64,000 nucleotides of DNA from NCBI GenBank assembly GCA_963596815.1, contig CAVBNV010000001.1, forward strand, positions 129,307-193,306, in the 5' to 3' direction. Positions 42,650-51,249 of the stretch are shown one piece after another. The first letter of the stretch is position 1, and each line of letters begins with the position of its first letter. Source of the stretch: Oscillospiraceae bacterium. Lineage in GTDB: Bacteria > Bacillota > Clostridia > Oscillospirales > Ruminococcaceae. Under the pieces are notes generated by a model. The model searched no databases. It saw only the letters and a list, made by a program, of their open reading frames with translations, and was not told the DNA's origin. The position numbers and the translations under genes are program-made.

Positions 42650-43237
42650 TTACAGACCGAAGACACCGGAAATGAATATTTCAAGCCCGATGCCGATCAA
42701 AATGATGCCGCCGAGAACAGAAGCTTTACCGGACAGCTTTGTGCCGAATTTTTTGCCTATGACAAGACCCGCGGCACAGATAAAAAAGGTGACGGTGGCA
42801 ATGATAAGCGAGCACACCAGAGCCATCAGCCAGCCATACTCCGAGATAGTAAAGCCGACCGAAAGTGCATCAATGCTGGTGGCAACGCCCTGTACAAACA
42901 GCGCACCGGAACTGAGCTCTGCGGCTTCCTCGGTCTCCTCACCACGGATGCCTTCAATCAGCATTTTGCCGCCGATGTAACCAAGCAGTGCGAGCGCGAT
43001 CCAAGGGATGAACTTTTCAAAAGACGAGAAAAGCTCTACGATTGTGTGAACACAGACCCAGCCTGTCATGGGCATGACGGCCTGAAATACCGCAAAGGTG
43101 CCGGCGATTTTGCACATTGTGCCGCGCTTCATTTTAGGGTCGTGCAGACCGTTTGCCATAGAGACAGAAAATGCATCCATTGCAAGACCTACGCCAAGCA
43201 ATGCGCTGTTGAGAAAAAATACGAAGCTCCATTCCAT
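42650..43237 (-). CDS. mntP: Manganese efflux pump MntP
   Basis: GLAMDAFSVS, FQAVMP, ATSIDALSVG, GIILIGIG; start at MEWSF after GGAGG. Confidence 0.93.
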   Translation of the reverse strand: MEWSFVFFLNSALLGVGLAMDAFSVSMANGLHDPKMKRGTMCKIAGTFAVFQAVMPMTGWVCVHTIVELFSSFEKFIPWIALALLGYIGGKMLIEGIRGEETEEAAELSSGALFVQGVATSIDALSVGFTISEYGWLMALVCSLIIATVTFFICAAGLVIGKKFGTKLSGKASVLGGIILIGIGLEIFISGVFGL

Positions 43238-43276
43238 AATTCGTTCCTCCGAGATCAGATTGCGGGTGCAATAAAA

Positions 43277-43319
43277 CAAAAACCCGGTTTCGGTGCGCGT
43301 TGCACGCCGAAACCGGGTA
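43277..43319 (-). terminator. Leader terminator controlled by the Mn riboswitch
   Basis: Minus strand acccggtttcggcgtgc/gcgcaccgaaaccgggt followed by tttt. Confidence 0.85.
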
Positions 43320-43380
43320 CTGATCGAAAACTCGATATCAGACACCATGTGTAAGGGCGCAGCAAACACGCACCGCAAAA

Positions 43381-43514
43381 CACATGAGTCTCGCATTTTA
43401 CGGCAGCTGTCATGGCGACAAACCGCCGCAAAAGTCAAGCCAGGCTGCTGACCGGCAGCCAGTATGTTGACTTGCTGTACCTCCTGCAAAAAGGCACTTG
43501 CTACTCCCCCACGG
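43381..43514 (-). ncRNA. yybP-ykoY (Mn2+) riboswitch
   Basis: Minus strand GGGGAGTAG...GTCAACATACT...CTGGC...GCGAGACT upstream of mntP. Promoter TGGACA-17-TACACT at 43535-43563. Confidence 0.9.
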
Positions 43515-43731
43515 GTATTTGTGATTGTCTTGTAAGTGTATCAGATTTTGACGTTAATGTCCAGTTGTATTTTTAAGAAAATTGACGACAATAGCAATGC
43601 AAGATGGTTAGTCACAACTATCTCTTCCGCAGGCAAAACGTACGATTTTACAAAACTTTAATGAGTTAAAGAAAATTAAAATTGCCCAAAAAAACTTTTC
43701 AATTTTGTTATGTTTTGTTGGGTCCTTTGCG

Positions 43732-43760
43732 TTTACAATGTGAGAATAATTTGCTATTAT
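43732..43760 (+). promoter_or_regulatory. SigA promoter of PFOR
   Basis: TTTACA-17 nt-TATTAT with an extended TG. Confidence 0.65.
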
Positions 43761-43860
43761 AGTATACAAGCAATAGTGCCTTTATGGGGTTCTCCGGTCC
43801 CATGCGGGGCATATTGCCTCGCGCAAAAGGTACCAAAAACTGAATAATGGAGGAAGAAAA

Positions 43861-46800
43861 ATGCCTAGAGCAAAGCAAACTATGGATGGCAATACCGCTG
43901 CCGCCCATGTAGCGTATGCCTACACGGACGTAGCTGCCATCTACCCCATTACCCCGTCTTCTCCGATGGCTGACTCTGTGGACCAGTGGTCTGCTGCAGG
44001 TCAGAAGAACATCTTCGGCAACCAGGTCAAGGTCGTTGAGATGGAGTCCGAGGCAGGCGCTGCAGGCGCTGTGCACGGCTCTCTGGGTGCAGGTGCTGTT
44101 ACTACCACCTTCACTGCTTCTCAGGGTCTGCTGCTGATGATCCCCAACATGTACAAGATTGCCGCTGAGCAGCTGCCCTGCGTGTTTGATGTTTCTGCAC
44201 GTACAGTCGCTACCCAGTCCCTGAACATCTTTGGTGATCACAGCGACGTCATGGCATGCCGTCAGACCGGTTTTGCGATGATGGTCGAGAGCAGCGTACA
44301 GGAGGTTATGGACCTGTCCCCTGTTGCTCACCTGAGCGCAATCGAGGGTCGCGTCCCGTTCCTGAACTTCTTCGACGGCTTCCGTACTTCTCATGAGTAC
44401 CAGAAGATCGAGAAGTGGGATTACGCTGACCTGAAAGAGATGTGCAACATGGAGGCTGTTGAGGAGTTCCGCAAGAACGCGCTGAACCCTGAGCACCCCA
44501 AGATGCGCGGCTCTCACGAGAACGGTGACGTGTTCTTCCAGCACCGTGAGGCTTGCAATACTGTCTACAACGAGCTGCCTGCTGTTGTCGAGAAGTATAT
44601 GGCAAAGGTCAACGCAAAGCTGGGCACCAATTACGACCTGTTCAATTACTACGGCGCACCCGATGCTGACCGCGTGATTGTCGCTATGGGCTCCATCTGC
44701 GATGTCGCAGACGAGGTCATCGACTATCTGAACGCCAAGGGCGAGAAGGTTGGTATCATCAAGGTTCGTCTGTATCGTCCGTGGGTCTCCGCTTCCCTGC
44801 TGAAGGTTCTGCCCAAGACCGCCAAGAAGGTCGCTGTGCTGGACCGCACCAAGGAGCCCGGCTCTCTGGGCGAGCCGCTGTACCTGGATGTTGCTGCCAC
44901 CCTGCGTGAGGCCGGCATGAATGATGTCGTCCTGACCGGCGGCCGCTATGGTCTGGGCAGCAAGGATACGCCCCCGTCCTCCATCTTCGCTCTGTTCAAA
45001 GAGCTGGAGAAGGATCAGCCGAAGGAGCGTTTCACCCTGGGTATCACGGATGACGTCACATTCCTGTCTCTGCCCGAGATCAAGCCCGCTCCCATCACCG
45101 CAGCTGCCGGCACCAAAGAGTGCAAGTTCTGGGGTCTGGGCGGCGACGGTACTGTCGGCGCAAACAAGAACTCCGTCAAGATCATCGGCGACCATACCGA
45201 CAAGTATGTTCAGGCATACTTCCAGTATGACTCCAAGAAGACCGGCGGCGTGACGATCAGCCACCTGCGCTTCGGCGACAAGCCCATCCGCAGCCCCTAC
45301 TACATCAACCAGGCAGACTTCGTGGCTTGCCACAACCCCGCATACATCAACATGGGCATGAAGATGGTCCAGGATGTTAAGCCCGGCGGCGTGTTCATGA
45401 TCAACTGCCAGTGGTCCGATGAGGAGCTGGCTCACCACCTGAATGCCGATGCAAAGAAGTATATTGCTGACAACAACATCCAGCTCTATACCATCAATGC
45501 AATCGATAAGGCAATCGAAATCGGCATGGGCAAGCGCACCAACACCATCCTGCAGTCTGCTTTCTTCAAGCTGGCTGAAGTCATGCCCATCGAGGATGCC
45601 ATCAACTTCATGAAGCAGGCAGCTCAGAAGAGCTACGGCAAGAAGGGCCAGGACGTCGTTGAGATGAACTGGAAGGCCATTGATGCCGGTGTTGATGCAA
45701 TCCACAAGGTCGATGTTCCCGCTTCCTGGTCCAACCCCGAAGCAGATCCCGCACCCAAGGCTCTTGTCGGCCGTCCGGAGCTGGTCAAGCAGATCCGTGA
45801 GGTCATGGAGCCCATTTCCCGTATGGACGGCGACAGCTTGCCTGTCTCTTCCTTCGTGGCAAATGCAAACGGCGAGTGGGAGCAGGGCGCTTCTGCATAC
45901 GAGAAGCGCGGTACTGCTGTCAGCGTGCCTGAGTGGGATGCTGCAAAGTGTGTTGGCTGTAACCAGTGCGCATTTGTCTGCTCTCATGCAACCATCCGTC
46001 CCTTCCAGCTGACTGCTGATGAGATGGCAGCTGCTCCTGCACAGATCAAGAGCCGCGACAACCGCCCGGCAAACGAGTACAAGTTTGTCATGGCAGTGTC
46101 TCCTCTGGACTGCATGGGCTGCGGCGAGTGTGTCACAGTCTGTCCCACCAAGGCTATCGTGATGAAGCCTCAGGAGAGCCAGGCAGACCAGCAGGCAGTC
46201 TTTGACTACTGTGTTGCCAACATCTCCAAGAAGCCCAGCAAGTTTGCTGATGATACCGTTATCGGTTCTCAGTTCAACCAGCCGCTGCTCGAGTTCTCCG
46301 GCTCTTGCGCAGGCTGTGCTGAGACCTCTTACGCTCGTCTGATCACTCAGCTGTTCGGCGAGAAGATGTACATCTCCAACGCTACCGGCTGCTCCTCTAT
46401 CTGGGGCGGTACTGCATCCATCTCTCCGTATACCGTCAACAAGGACAGCGGCCATGGTCCTGCATGGTGCAACTCCCTGTTCGAGGATAATGCTGAGCAT
46501 GGTTTGGGCATGCACATCGGTCAGAAGACCATCCGTGATAACCTGATCAAGGTCATCGCTGAGGTCGCTGAGTCCGATAAGGCCTCTGCAGAGATGAAGG
46601 CTGCATACGCAAAGTTCATCGAGACCAAGGACAACACCAAGGCAAACGATGAGCCCGCAAAGGCTTTGATCGCAGAGCTGGAAAAGGCTGCTGCTGCAGG
46701 CTGTGAGAAGTCCGCAGAAATCCTGAAGAGCAAGGATTACATCGCTAAGAAGTCCGTCTGGATCTTCGGCGGCGACGGCTGGGCATACGATATCGGCTTC

Positions 46801-47406
46801 GGTGGTCTGGATCACGTCCTGGCTTCCGGTGAGGATGTCAATGTCATGGTCTTCGATACCGAGATGTACTCCAACACCGGTGGACAGGCCTCCAAGGCTT
46901 CCAACATCGGTGAGGTTTGCCAGTTTGCTGCTGCCGGCAAGGAAATCAGCAAGAAGAGCCTGTCTGAGATCGCTATGACCTATGGTTATATCTACGTTGC
47001 TCAGATCGCCCTGGGTGCAAACCCGGCACAGGCTGTCAAGGCAATTGCTGAGGCTGAGGCTTACCCCGGCCCGTCTCTGATCATTGGTTACGCACCCTGC
47101 GAGCTGCACGGCATCAAGGGCGGCATGACCAACTGCCAGAACGAGATGAAGAAGGCTGTAGAGGCTGGTTACTGGAATCTGTTCACATTCAACCCCGCAA
47201 ACAAGTTGAATGGCAAGAATCCGTTCACCTTGACCTCCAAGCCTGTCAACAACGACACCTATCAGGCACTGCTGGCAAACGAGACCCGTTACAGCCGCCT
47301 GACCCGTGCCTTCCCCGAGCGTGCTAAGACGCTGTTCGAGCGTAACCAGAAGGTTGCAAACGACCGTTATGAGCACCTGAGCCGTCTGGTTGACCTGTAC
47401 AAGTAA
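43861..47406 (+). CDS. nifJ: Pyruvate:ferredoxin (flavodoxin) oxidoreductase
   Basis: YPITPSS, FTASQGLL, FFDGFRTSHE, two CxxCxxCxxxC motifs, GGDGWAYDIG, YSNTGGQ; strong codon bias. Confidence 0.98.
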   Translation: MPRAKQTMDGNTAAAHVAYAYTDVAAIYPITPSSPMADSVDQWSAAGQKNIFGNQVKVVEMESEAGAAGAVHGSLGAGAVTTTFTASQGLLLMIPNMYKIAAEQLPCVFDVSARTVATQSLNIFGDHSDVMACRQTGFAMMVESSVQEVMDLSPVAHLSAIEGRVPFLNFFDGFRTSHEYQKIEKWDYADLKEMCNMEAVEEFRKNALNPEHPKMRGSHENGDVFFQHREACNTVYNELPAVVEKYMAKVNAKLGTNYDLFNYYGAPDADRVIVAMGSICDVADEVIDYLNAKGEKVGIIKVRLYRPWVSASLLKVLPKTAKKVAVLDRTKEPGSLGEPLYLDVAATLREAGMNDVVLTGGRYGLGSKDTPPSSIFALFKELEKDQPKERFTLGITDDVTFLSLPEIKPAPITAAAGTKECKFWGLGGDGTVGANKNSVKIIGDHTDKYVQAYFQYDSKKTGGVTISHLRFGDKPIRSPYYINQADFVACHNPAYINMGMKMVQDVKPGGVFMINCQWSDEELAHHLNADAKKYIADNNIQLYTINAIDKAIEIGMGKRTNTILQSAFFKLAEVMPIEDAINFMKQAAQKSYGKKGQDVVEMNWKAIDAGVDAIHKVDVPASWSNPEADPAPKALVGRPELVKQIREVMEPISRMDGDSLPVSSFVANANGEWEQGASAYEKRGTAVSVPEWDAAKCVGCNQCAFVCSHATIRPFQLTADEMAAAPAQIKSRDNRPANEYKFVMAVSPLDCMGCGECVTVCPTKAIVMKPQESQADQQAVFDYCVANISKKPSKFADDTVIGSQFNQPLLEFSGSCAGCAETSYARLITQLFGEKMYISNATGCSSIWGGTASISPYTVNKDSGHGPAWCNSLFEDNAEHGLGMHIGQKTIRDNLIKVIAEVAESDKASAEMKAAYAKFIETKDNTKANDEPAKALIAELEKAAAAGCEKSAEILKSKDYIAKKSVWIFGGDGWAYDIGFGGLDHVLASGEDVNVMVFDTEMYSNTGGQASKASNIGEVCQFAAAGKEISKKSLSEIAMTYGYIYVAQIALGANPAQAVKAIAEAEAYPGPSLIIGYAPCELHGIKGGMTNCQNEMKKAVEAGYWNLFTFNPANKLNGKNPFTLTSKPVNNDTYQALLANETRYSRLTRAFPERAKTLFERNQKVANDRYEHLSRLVDLYK

Positions 47407-47423
47407 GCTTTGATTTGACGATA

Positions 47424-47754
47424 CGGATGTTGATGCGCGGGGGCACCTTAACCCATCAGAAGGGTGGCTGCCCTGCACCGGCGATTTACTGCGAAATGCA
47501 GCGATGCAAACTGTGTTCTGATAACATCCGGAGGGTCTACAAAGAAAATCTACAGGCACAATAGGCTGTTCTGTATGATTTCACGGCCTCGGCAGCAGGC
47601 AATGCTGTCGGGGTTTGAAATACCAAAGCGCCCGCGAGGGTCCTTGAAAGCACACCCCGCGTGTGTCAGGAGCATAAGGTCCGGCAACGGATACCTTGCT
47701 CTGCCTGTTGCATAAGACCCGGCTTGCCGGGGATCTTGTAACAGAAAAAACAGC
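47424..47754 (+). ncRNA. Unassigned large structured RNA in the PFOR 3' region
   Basis: Two closed multi-stem domains with GCAA, GCGA and CUUG tetraloops (see findings). Confidence 0.55.
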
Positions 47755-47764
47755 AGTGTTTTTG

Positions 47765-47806
47765 GCGCCTCCTTCATCTGCAAAGATGATCGAGGCGCAT
47801 TTTTTT
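47765..47806 (+). terminator. Terminator of the PFOR transcript
   Basis: gcgcctc..tcatct-GCAA-agatga..gaggcgc followed by T7. Confidence 0.85.
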
Positions 47807-47928
47807 GTCCAGACGTCAGGGCGGCATGAAAAGTGTGATAAAAACTTCCACTGTTTTCACATTGGCTTTTTACAGTTTTTTAATAGGTTTTTCATGAAAA
47901 GAAAGCGGAAAACTGTTATACTTTTGCC

Positions 47929-48042
47929 ATGGAAAGCGGAGCCGCAACCGCCTTCCACGTAACATGATTCCTCCTCACACCAAGGCAATATCCAAACAAA
48001 ATATTCCCCTCGGCATGCCGCAATGCTGGGGGGAATATTTTG
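47929..48042 (+). ncRNA. Putative sRNA, copy A of a two-member family
   Basis: ATGAAA-17-TATACT promoter, 5' hairpin, conserved core acatgattcctcctcacaccaaggcaata, terminator; paralog at 52.3 kb. Confidence 0.7.
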
Positions 48043-48119
48043 CGCTTACGAGAAAAAAGATCAAGCGACAACTTTTAGGAAAGGAAGATAAAAATTCCTG
48101 TAAAAAAGAGGGTTTAGGG

Positions 48120-48148
48120 TTGACCGCGTTTTTTTGCGGCGCTATAAT
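48120..48148 (+). promoter_or_regulatory. SigA promoter of the mgtE leader
   Basis: TTGACC-17 nt-TATAAT. Confidence 0.8.
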
Positions 48149-48188
48149 TAAACCGTCAACGATAAGCACAGGAGGTGAACGCAGAGCA

Positions 48189-48302
48189 ATGGACCCGGAT
48201 CATAGTCCAAGACGATACATCGGCGCGGTAGATCAGAAAACAAAAGGCTGCGTTCGTCTCCTTTATATTGCCTCACAGAAGAACCTTCAGAGGGGGCTGT
48301 GA
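48189..48302 (+). CDS. Putative leader peptide of mgtE (37 aa, MDPDHSPRR...)
   Basis: AGGAGGT at 48170 about 12 nt upstream of the ATG; lies in the long mgtE leader; N-terminus resembles MgtL. Confidence 0.5.
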   Translation: MDPDHSPRRYIGAVDQKTKGCVRLLYIASQKNLQRGL

Positions 48303-48486
48303 GGCTACGGTTTTGCGTGCTTTTCTGCAAGGAAAGAGTTTTGTCAGCAAAATTGATAAAGGCAGGCGCGCCTTGTTGTGCATAATTTTATGCACTGGGC
48401 GGCGCCTTTTGTTTTCTGGTATGCTTCGTCCTCTTAACGCAGCGTGCGAATGCACGTATGGGTGATAAACCAAGGAGGTACGGTAG

Positions 48487-50058
48487 ATGGAAGAAAAGAA
48501 AGAAGTTTTTGAGCAGCAGGCGCTGCCGGTTCAGGAGCTGCCAACTGATATCCCTGCAGAGGTTCGCCAGCAGCTGGTGCAGGACCTGAACGAGGAAGCA
48601 ACAGAAGACTTGAAACAGGACGTGCGGGAGGCAGAGGCGGAAGAGGCAAAGGACGAAGAGGTCAAAGCCAACCCGGAGATGCTTACAAAGAGCAGACTGC
48701 TGAAGCTGCTGATAAAAAAGCAATACGTAAAGCTGCGTGAAGTGACAGAGGAGGAACAGCCGGCTGACCTTGCAGAACTGTTGGAAGAGCTGGACGAAAA
48801 CAACCGTCTGCTCGTGTTTCGCTTGCTGAAAAAGGACGTTGCAACAGAGGCATTTGCCTATATGTCCGATGAGGCGCGAGAAGATCTGGTAAACGCCTTC
48901 TCGGATATCGAACTGGTAAGTGCTATTGAAGAAATGAGCCTTGACGATGCGGCAGACCTGTTGGAAGATATGCCTGCAGGCGTCGTCAAACGGGTGCTGG
49001 AAAAATCTTCAAAGCAGACACGCGAAAGTCTGAACAAACTTTTGAATTACCCTGAAAACTCTGCCGGCAGCTTAATGACGCCTGAATATGTGCGTTTGCG
49101 CAGAGACATGACGGTTCAGCAGGCATTTGAAGCGATCCGCAGACAGGGCGAAAATGCTGAGACGGTGTATACCTGCTATGTGGTGGATCGCAATCGCTTG
49201 CAGGGCGTTGTTTCGGCACGCAGTCTGCTGCTGGCACGACAGGATGAGCTGGTAGAGGACCTGATGGACGATAACATTATCGCAGTGAAGGTCACGGACG
49301 ACCAGGAGTATGTCGCACGAGAGATGCAGCGCTATGATTTTAGCGCAATGCCAGTGCTTGACAACGAGGGCATGTTTGTCGGTATTATCACAATCGACGA
49401 TGCGATTGATGTCTTGACGGATGAGAGTACCGAGGACATGCAGAAGATGGCGGCTATTTTGCCAGATGACGATGCCACGACTTATTTTGGTACGAGCGTC
49501 TGGACGCATGCAAAACAGCGTATCCCCTGGCTTTTGATCCTGATGCTTTCTGCAACGTTTACCGGTATGGTCACCACACATTACGAAAATGCATTTGTCA
49601 GCCTGCCACTGCTGGTATCGTTTATGCCGATGCTGATGGATACAGCCGGCAACTGCGGCAACCAGATCAGCACGCTGATGGTTCGCGGTCTTGCGCTGGG
49701 CGAGGTGGAGCCAAAAGACATTGTAAAGGTCCTCCTCAAAGAGATTCGCGTGGCTGCGATCGTGGGTGCAGTGCTGGGCATTGTCAACGGTCTGCGTATT
49801 TACCTGATGTACACGTTTATGTATCCGGGTAAGTACGACAATGTTGTCGGTTATGCTCTGGTAGTCAGTGTTTCGCTGTTCTTTAGTGTTGTACTGGCAA
49901 AAATGGTGGGTGGTATCCTGCCGCTTGCAGCCAAAAAGCTGGGTGCAGACCCGGCAATTATGGCAACACCGTTTATCACAACGATCGTCGATGCCTGCAG
50001 TCTGATCCTCTACTTCCAAATTGCAATGCTGGTATTCCGCAACGTGATGGTTGTATAA
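48487..50058 (+). CDS. mgtE: Magnesium transporter MgtE
   Basis: MgtE_N (PADLAELLEEL, DDAADLLED), SAGSLMT, CBS pair, RIPWLLILM, GNCGNQ, DPAIMATPFITTIVD. Confidence 0.96.
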   Translation: MEEKKEVFEQQALPVQELPTDIPAEVRQQLVQDLNEEATEDLKQDVREAEAEEAKDEEVKANPEMLTKSRLLKLLIKKQYVKLREVTEEEQPADLAELLEELDENNRLLVFRLLKKDVATEAFAYMSDEAREDLVNAFSDIELVSAIEEMSLDDAADLLEDMPAGVVKRVLEKSSKQTRESLNKLLNYPENSAGSLMTPEYVRLRRDMTVQQAFEAIRRQGENAETVYTCYVVDRNRLQGVVSARSLLLARQDELVEDLMDDNIIAVKVTDDQEYVAREMQRYDFSAMPVLDNEGMFVGIITIDDAIDVLTDESTEDMQKMAAILPDDDATTYFGTSVWTHAKQRIPWLLILMLSATFTGMVTTHYENAFVSLPLLVSFMPMLMDTAGNCGNQISTLMVRGLALGEVEPKDIVKVLLKEIRVAAIVGAVLGIVNGLRIYLMYTFMYPGKYDNVVGYALVVSVSLFFSVVLAKMVGGILPLAAKKLGADPAIMATPFITTIVDACSLILYFQIAMLVFRNVMVV

Positions 50059-50070
50059 TAGTCTTAACAA

Positions 50071-50105
50071 AAGCGCCTCTGCCTCTCGTAGGTGGGGGCG
50101 CTTTG
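50071..50105 (+). terminator. Terminator after mgtE
   Basis: aagcgcctctgcct/aggtgggggcgctt hairpin. Confidence 0.7.
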
Positions 50106-50111
50106 CGCTTG

Positions 50112-50450
50112 TGTTGAAAAGTGGAAATTGAAAAGTTTTCCACGTGAGGAGATACATGAGAAAAGGATGTGGAAAACTTGACACTCGAAAATTCCCCACG
50201 GGAGAAAGTTTGTCGATGATGTCGCAGACTGCTGCAAATAATAAAGAAAAAATGAGAAATGATTTATGATGTAAAGAAAAAACAATGATTTGACCGTGAA
50301 TGACAAGGCAAAATAAAAACGAAAATACGGCTTGTATAAAGAAATAAGGATTTTGAAGTTGAAAACCCGGTGGAAAAAGTTGAAAGCATTGTGGGAAAAG
50401 TCCTTGTTGTTCACAAAACTGGTTGAAAACCCGGTGGAAAAAGTTAAAAA
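50112..50450. repeat. Cluster of variant DnaA-box-like 9-mers with a 24-bp direct repeat
   Basis: tgttgaaaa, agtggaaat, ttttccacg, tgtggaaaa and others; gttgaaaacccggtggaaaaagtt at 50358-50381 and 50422-50445. Confidence 0.7.
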
Positions 50451-50589
50451 ATCCATCCGATGAGCGAAAACAGACAGCTTTGAGTGAGATTGAAAAATGA
50501 GTGCCATCCTTGAACGACCTGTCCAATCATGATACAATAGGAGCTATCAAGACAGCCCTAGAGGGGCGTTATTCACGGAGGTTGCTGCT

Positions 50590-51231
50590 ATGAATTGGCT
50601 TACCCGCCTTGAGAAAAAATTTGGACGATTTGCCATCCCGAACCTAACGAATATTTTAATTGCCGGGCAGATCCTTGTATTCGCTGTTGAACTTTTTGTA
50701 AACAGTACGGCGGCATATTATCTTACGCTGAATCGCAGCCTTTTGATGCAGGGACAAATTTGGAGGCTGGTTTCGTTTGTGCTTGTTCCGTTTTCTGGGG
50801 GCGGAATATTGAGCGTTATTCTGGGCATATATTTTACGTGGTTTGTGGGCACCGCACTTGAAAAAGAATGGGGCGACTTCCGTTATACGGTGTACTTTCT
50901 GTCGGGGATGCTGGGGGCAATTTTGTCCTGTCTGCTAACGGGGATCACGGCGAGTACATACTGCCTGTCACTTTCGCTTCTGCTGGCGTTTGCCATGCTG
51001 TACCCTGAGGTACAGCTGCTGCTGTTTTTTGTGATTCCGGTAAAAGTGAAATACTTCGGCTGGTTTTCTGCCGCATTATGGCTGTTCAGCTTTATTGTAT
51101 CGAGCCCGATGGGAAAATTGAGCTATATTCTGAGTATGCTGAATGTATGGCTGTTCTTTGCACCTAAGGCATGGCGCAGCGTGCGTGCTTGGGTTCGGCG
51201 TGAGCAGTGGAAACGGAAAAACAAGCGCTGA
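50590..51231 (+). CDS. Rhomboid/Derlin-like membrane protein
   Basis: LEKKFGRFAIPNL, GQIWRLVSF, LEKEWG, LLLFFVIPVKVKY; multiple TM segments; no clear GxSG. Confidence 0.75.
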   Translation: MNWLTRLEKKFGRFAIPNLTNILIAGQILVFAVELFVNSTAAYYLTLNRSLLMQGQIWRLVSFVLVPFSGGGILSVILGIYFTWFVGTALEKEWGDFRYTVYFLSGMLGAILSCLLTGITASTYCLSLSLLLAFAMLYPEVQLLLFFVIPVKVKYFGWFSAALWLFSFIVSSPMGKLSYILSMLNVWLFFAPKAWRSVRAWVRREQWKRKNKR

Positions 51232-51249
51232 CAGGTTTGTGCAAAGGAA

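Noticed and set aside
43238..43489. N-terminal extension of mntP in the ORF track
   Set aside because: This sequence is the Mn riboswitch and its terminator.
43625..43670. Short resemblance to the raiA RNA motif (cgcaggcaaaacg...tttaatgag), from memory
   Set aside because: Flanking conserved segments and stems are absent; this is AT-rich promoter DNA.
43708..47559. 1283-aa ORF antisense to PFOR
   Set aside because: Shadow ORF produced by the strong codon bias of the PFOR gene; no motifs or RBS.
47870..47965. 31-codon ORF with perfect AGGAGG-aatc-ATG antisense to sRNA copy A, and a matching 31-codon ORF at 52316-52411
   Set aside because: The two peptides use different frames across the shared hairpin and are unrelated except for terminal KL. 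Promoter and terminator point the other way. A type I toxin reading is unlikely because neither peptide is a clear TM helix, but Ribo-seq would settle it.
50358..50445. 24-bp direct repeat with a 40-bp spacer read as a mini CRISPR
   Set aside because: Only two units, no cas genes in the window, and the repeat is made of DnaA-box-like 9-mers.
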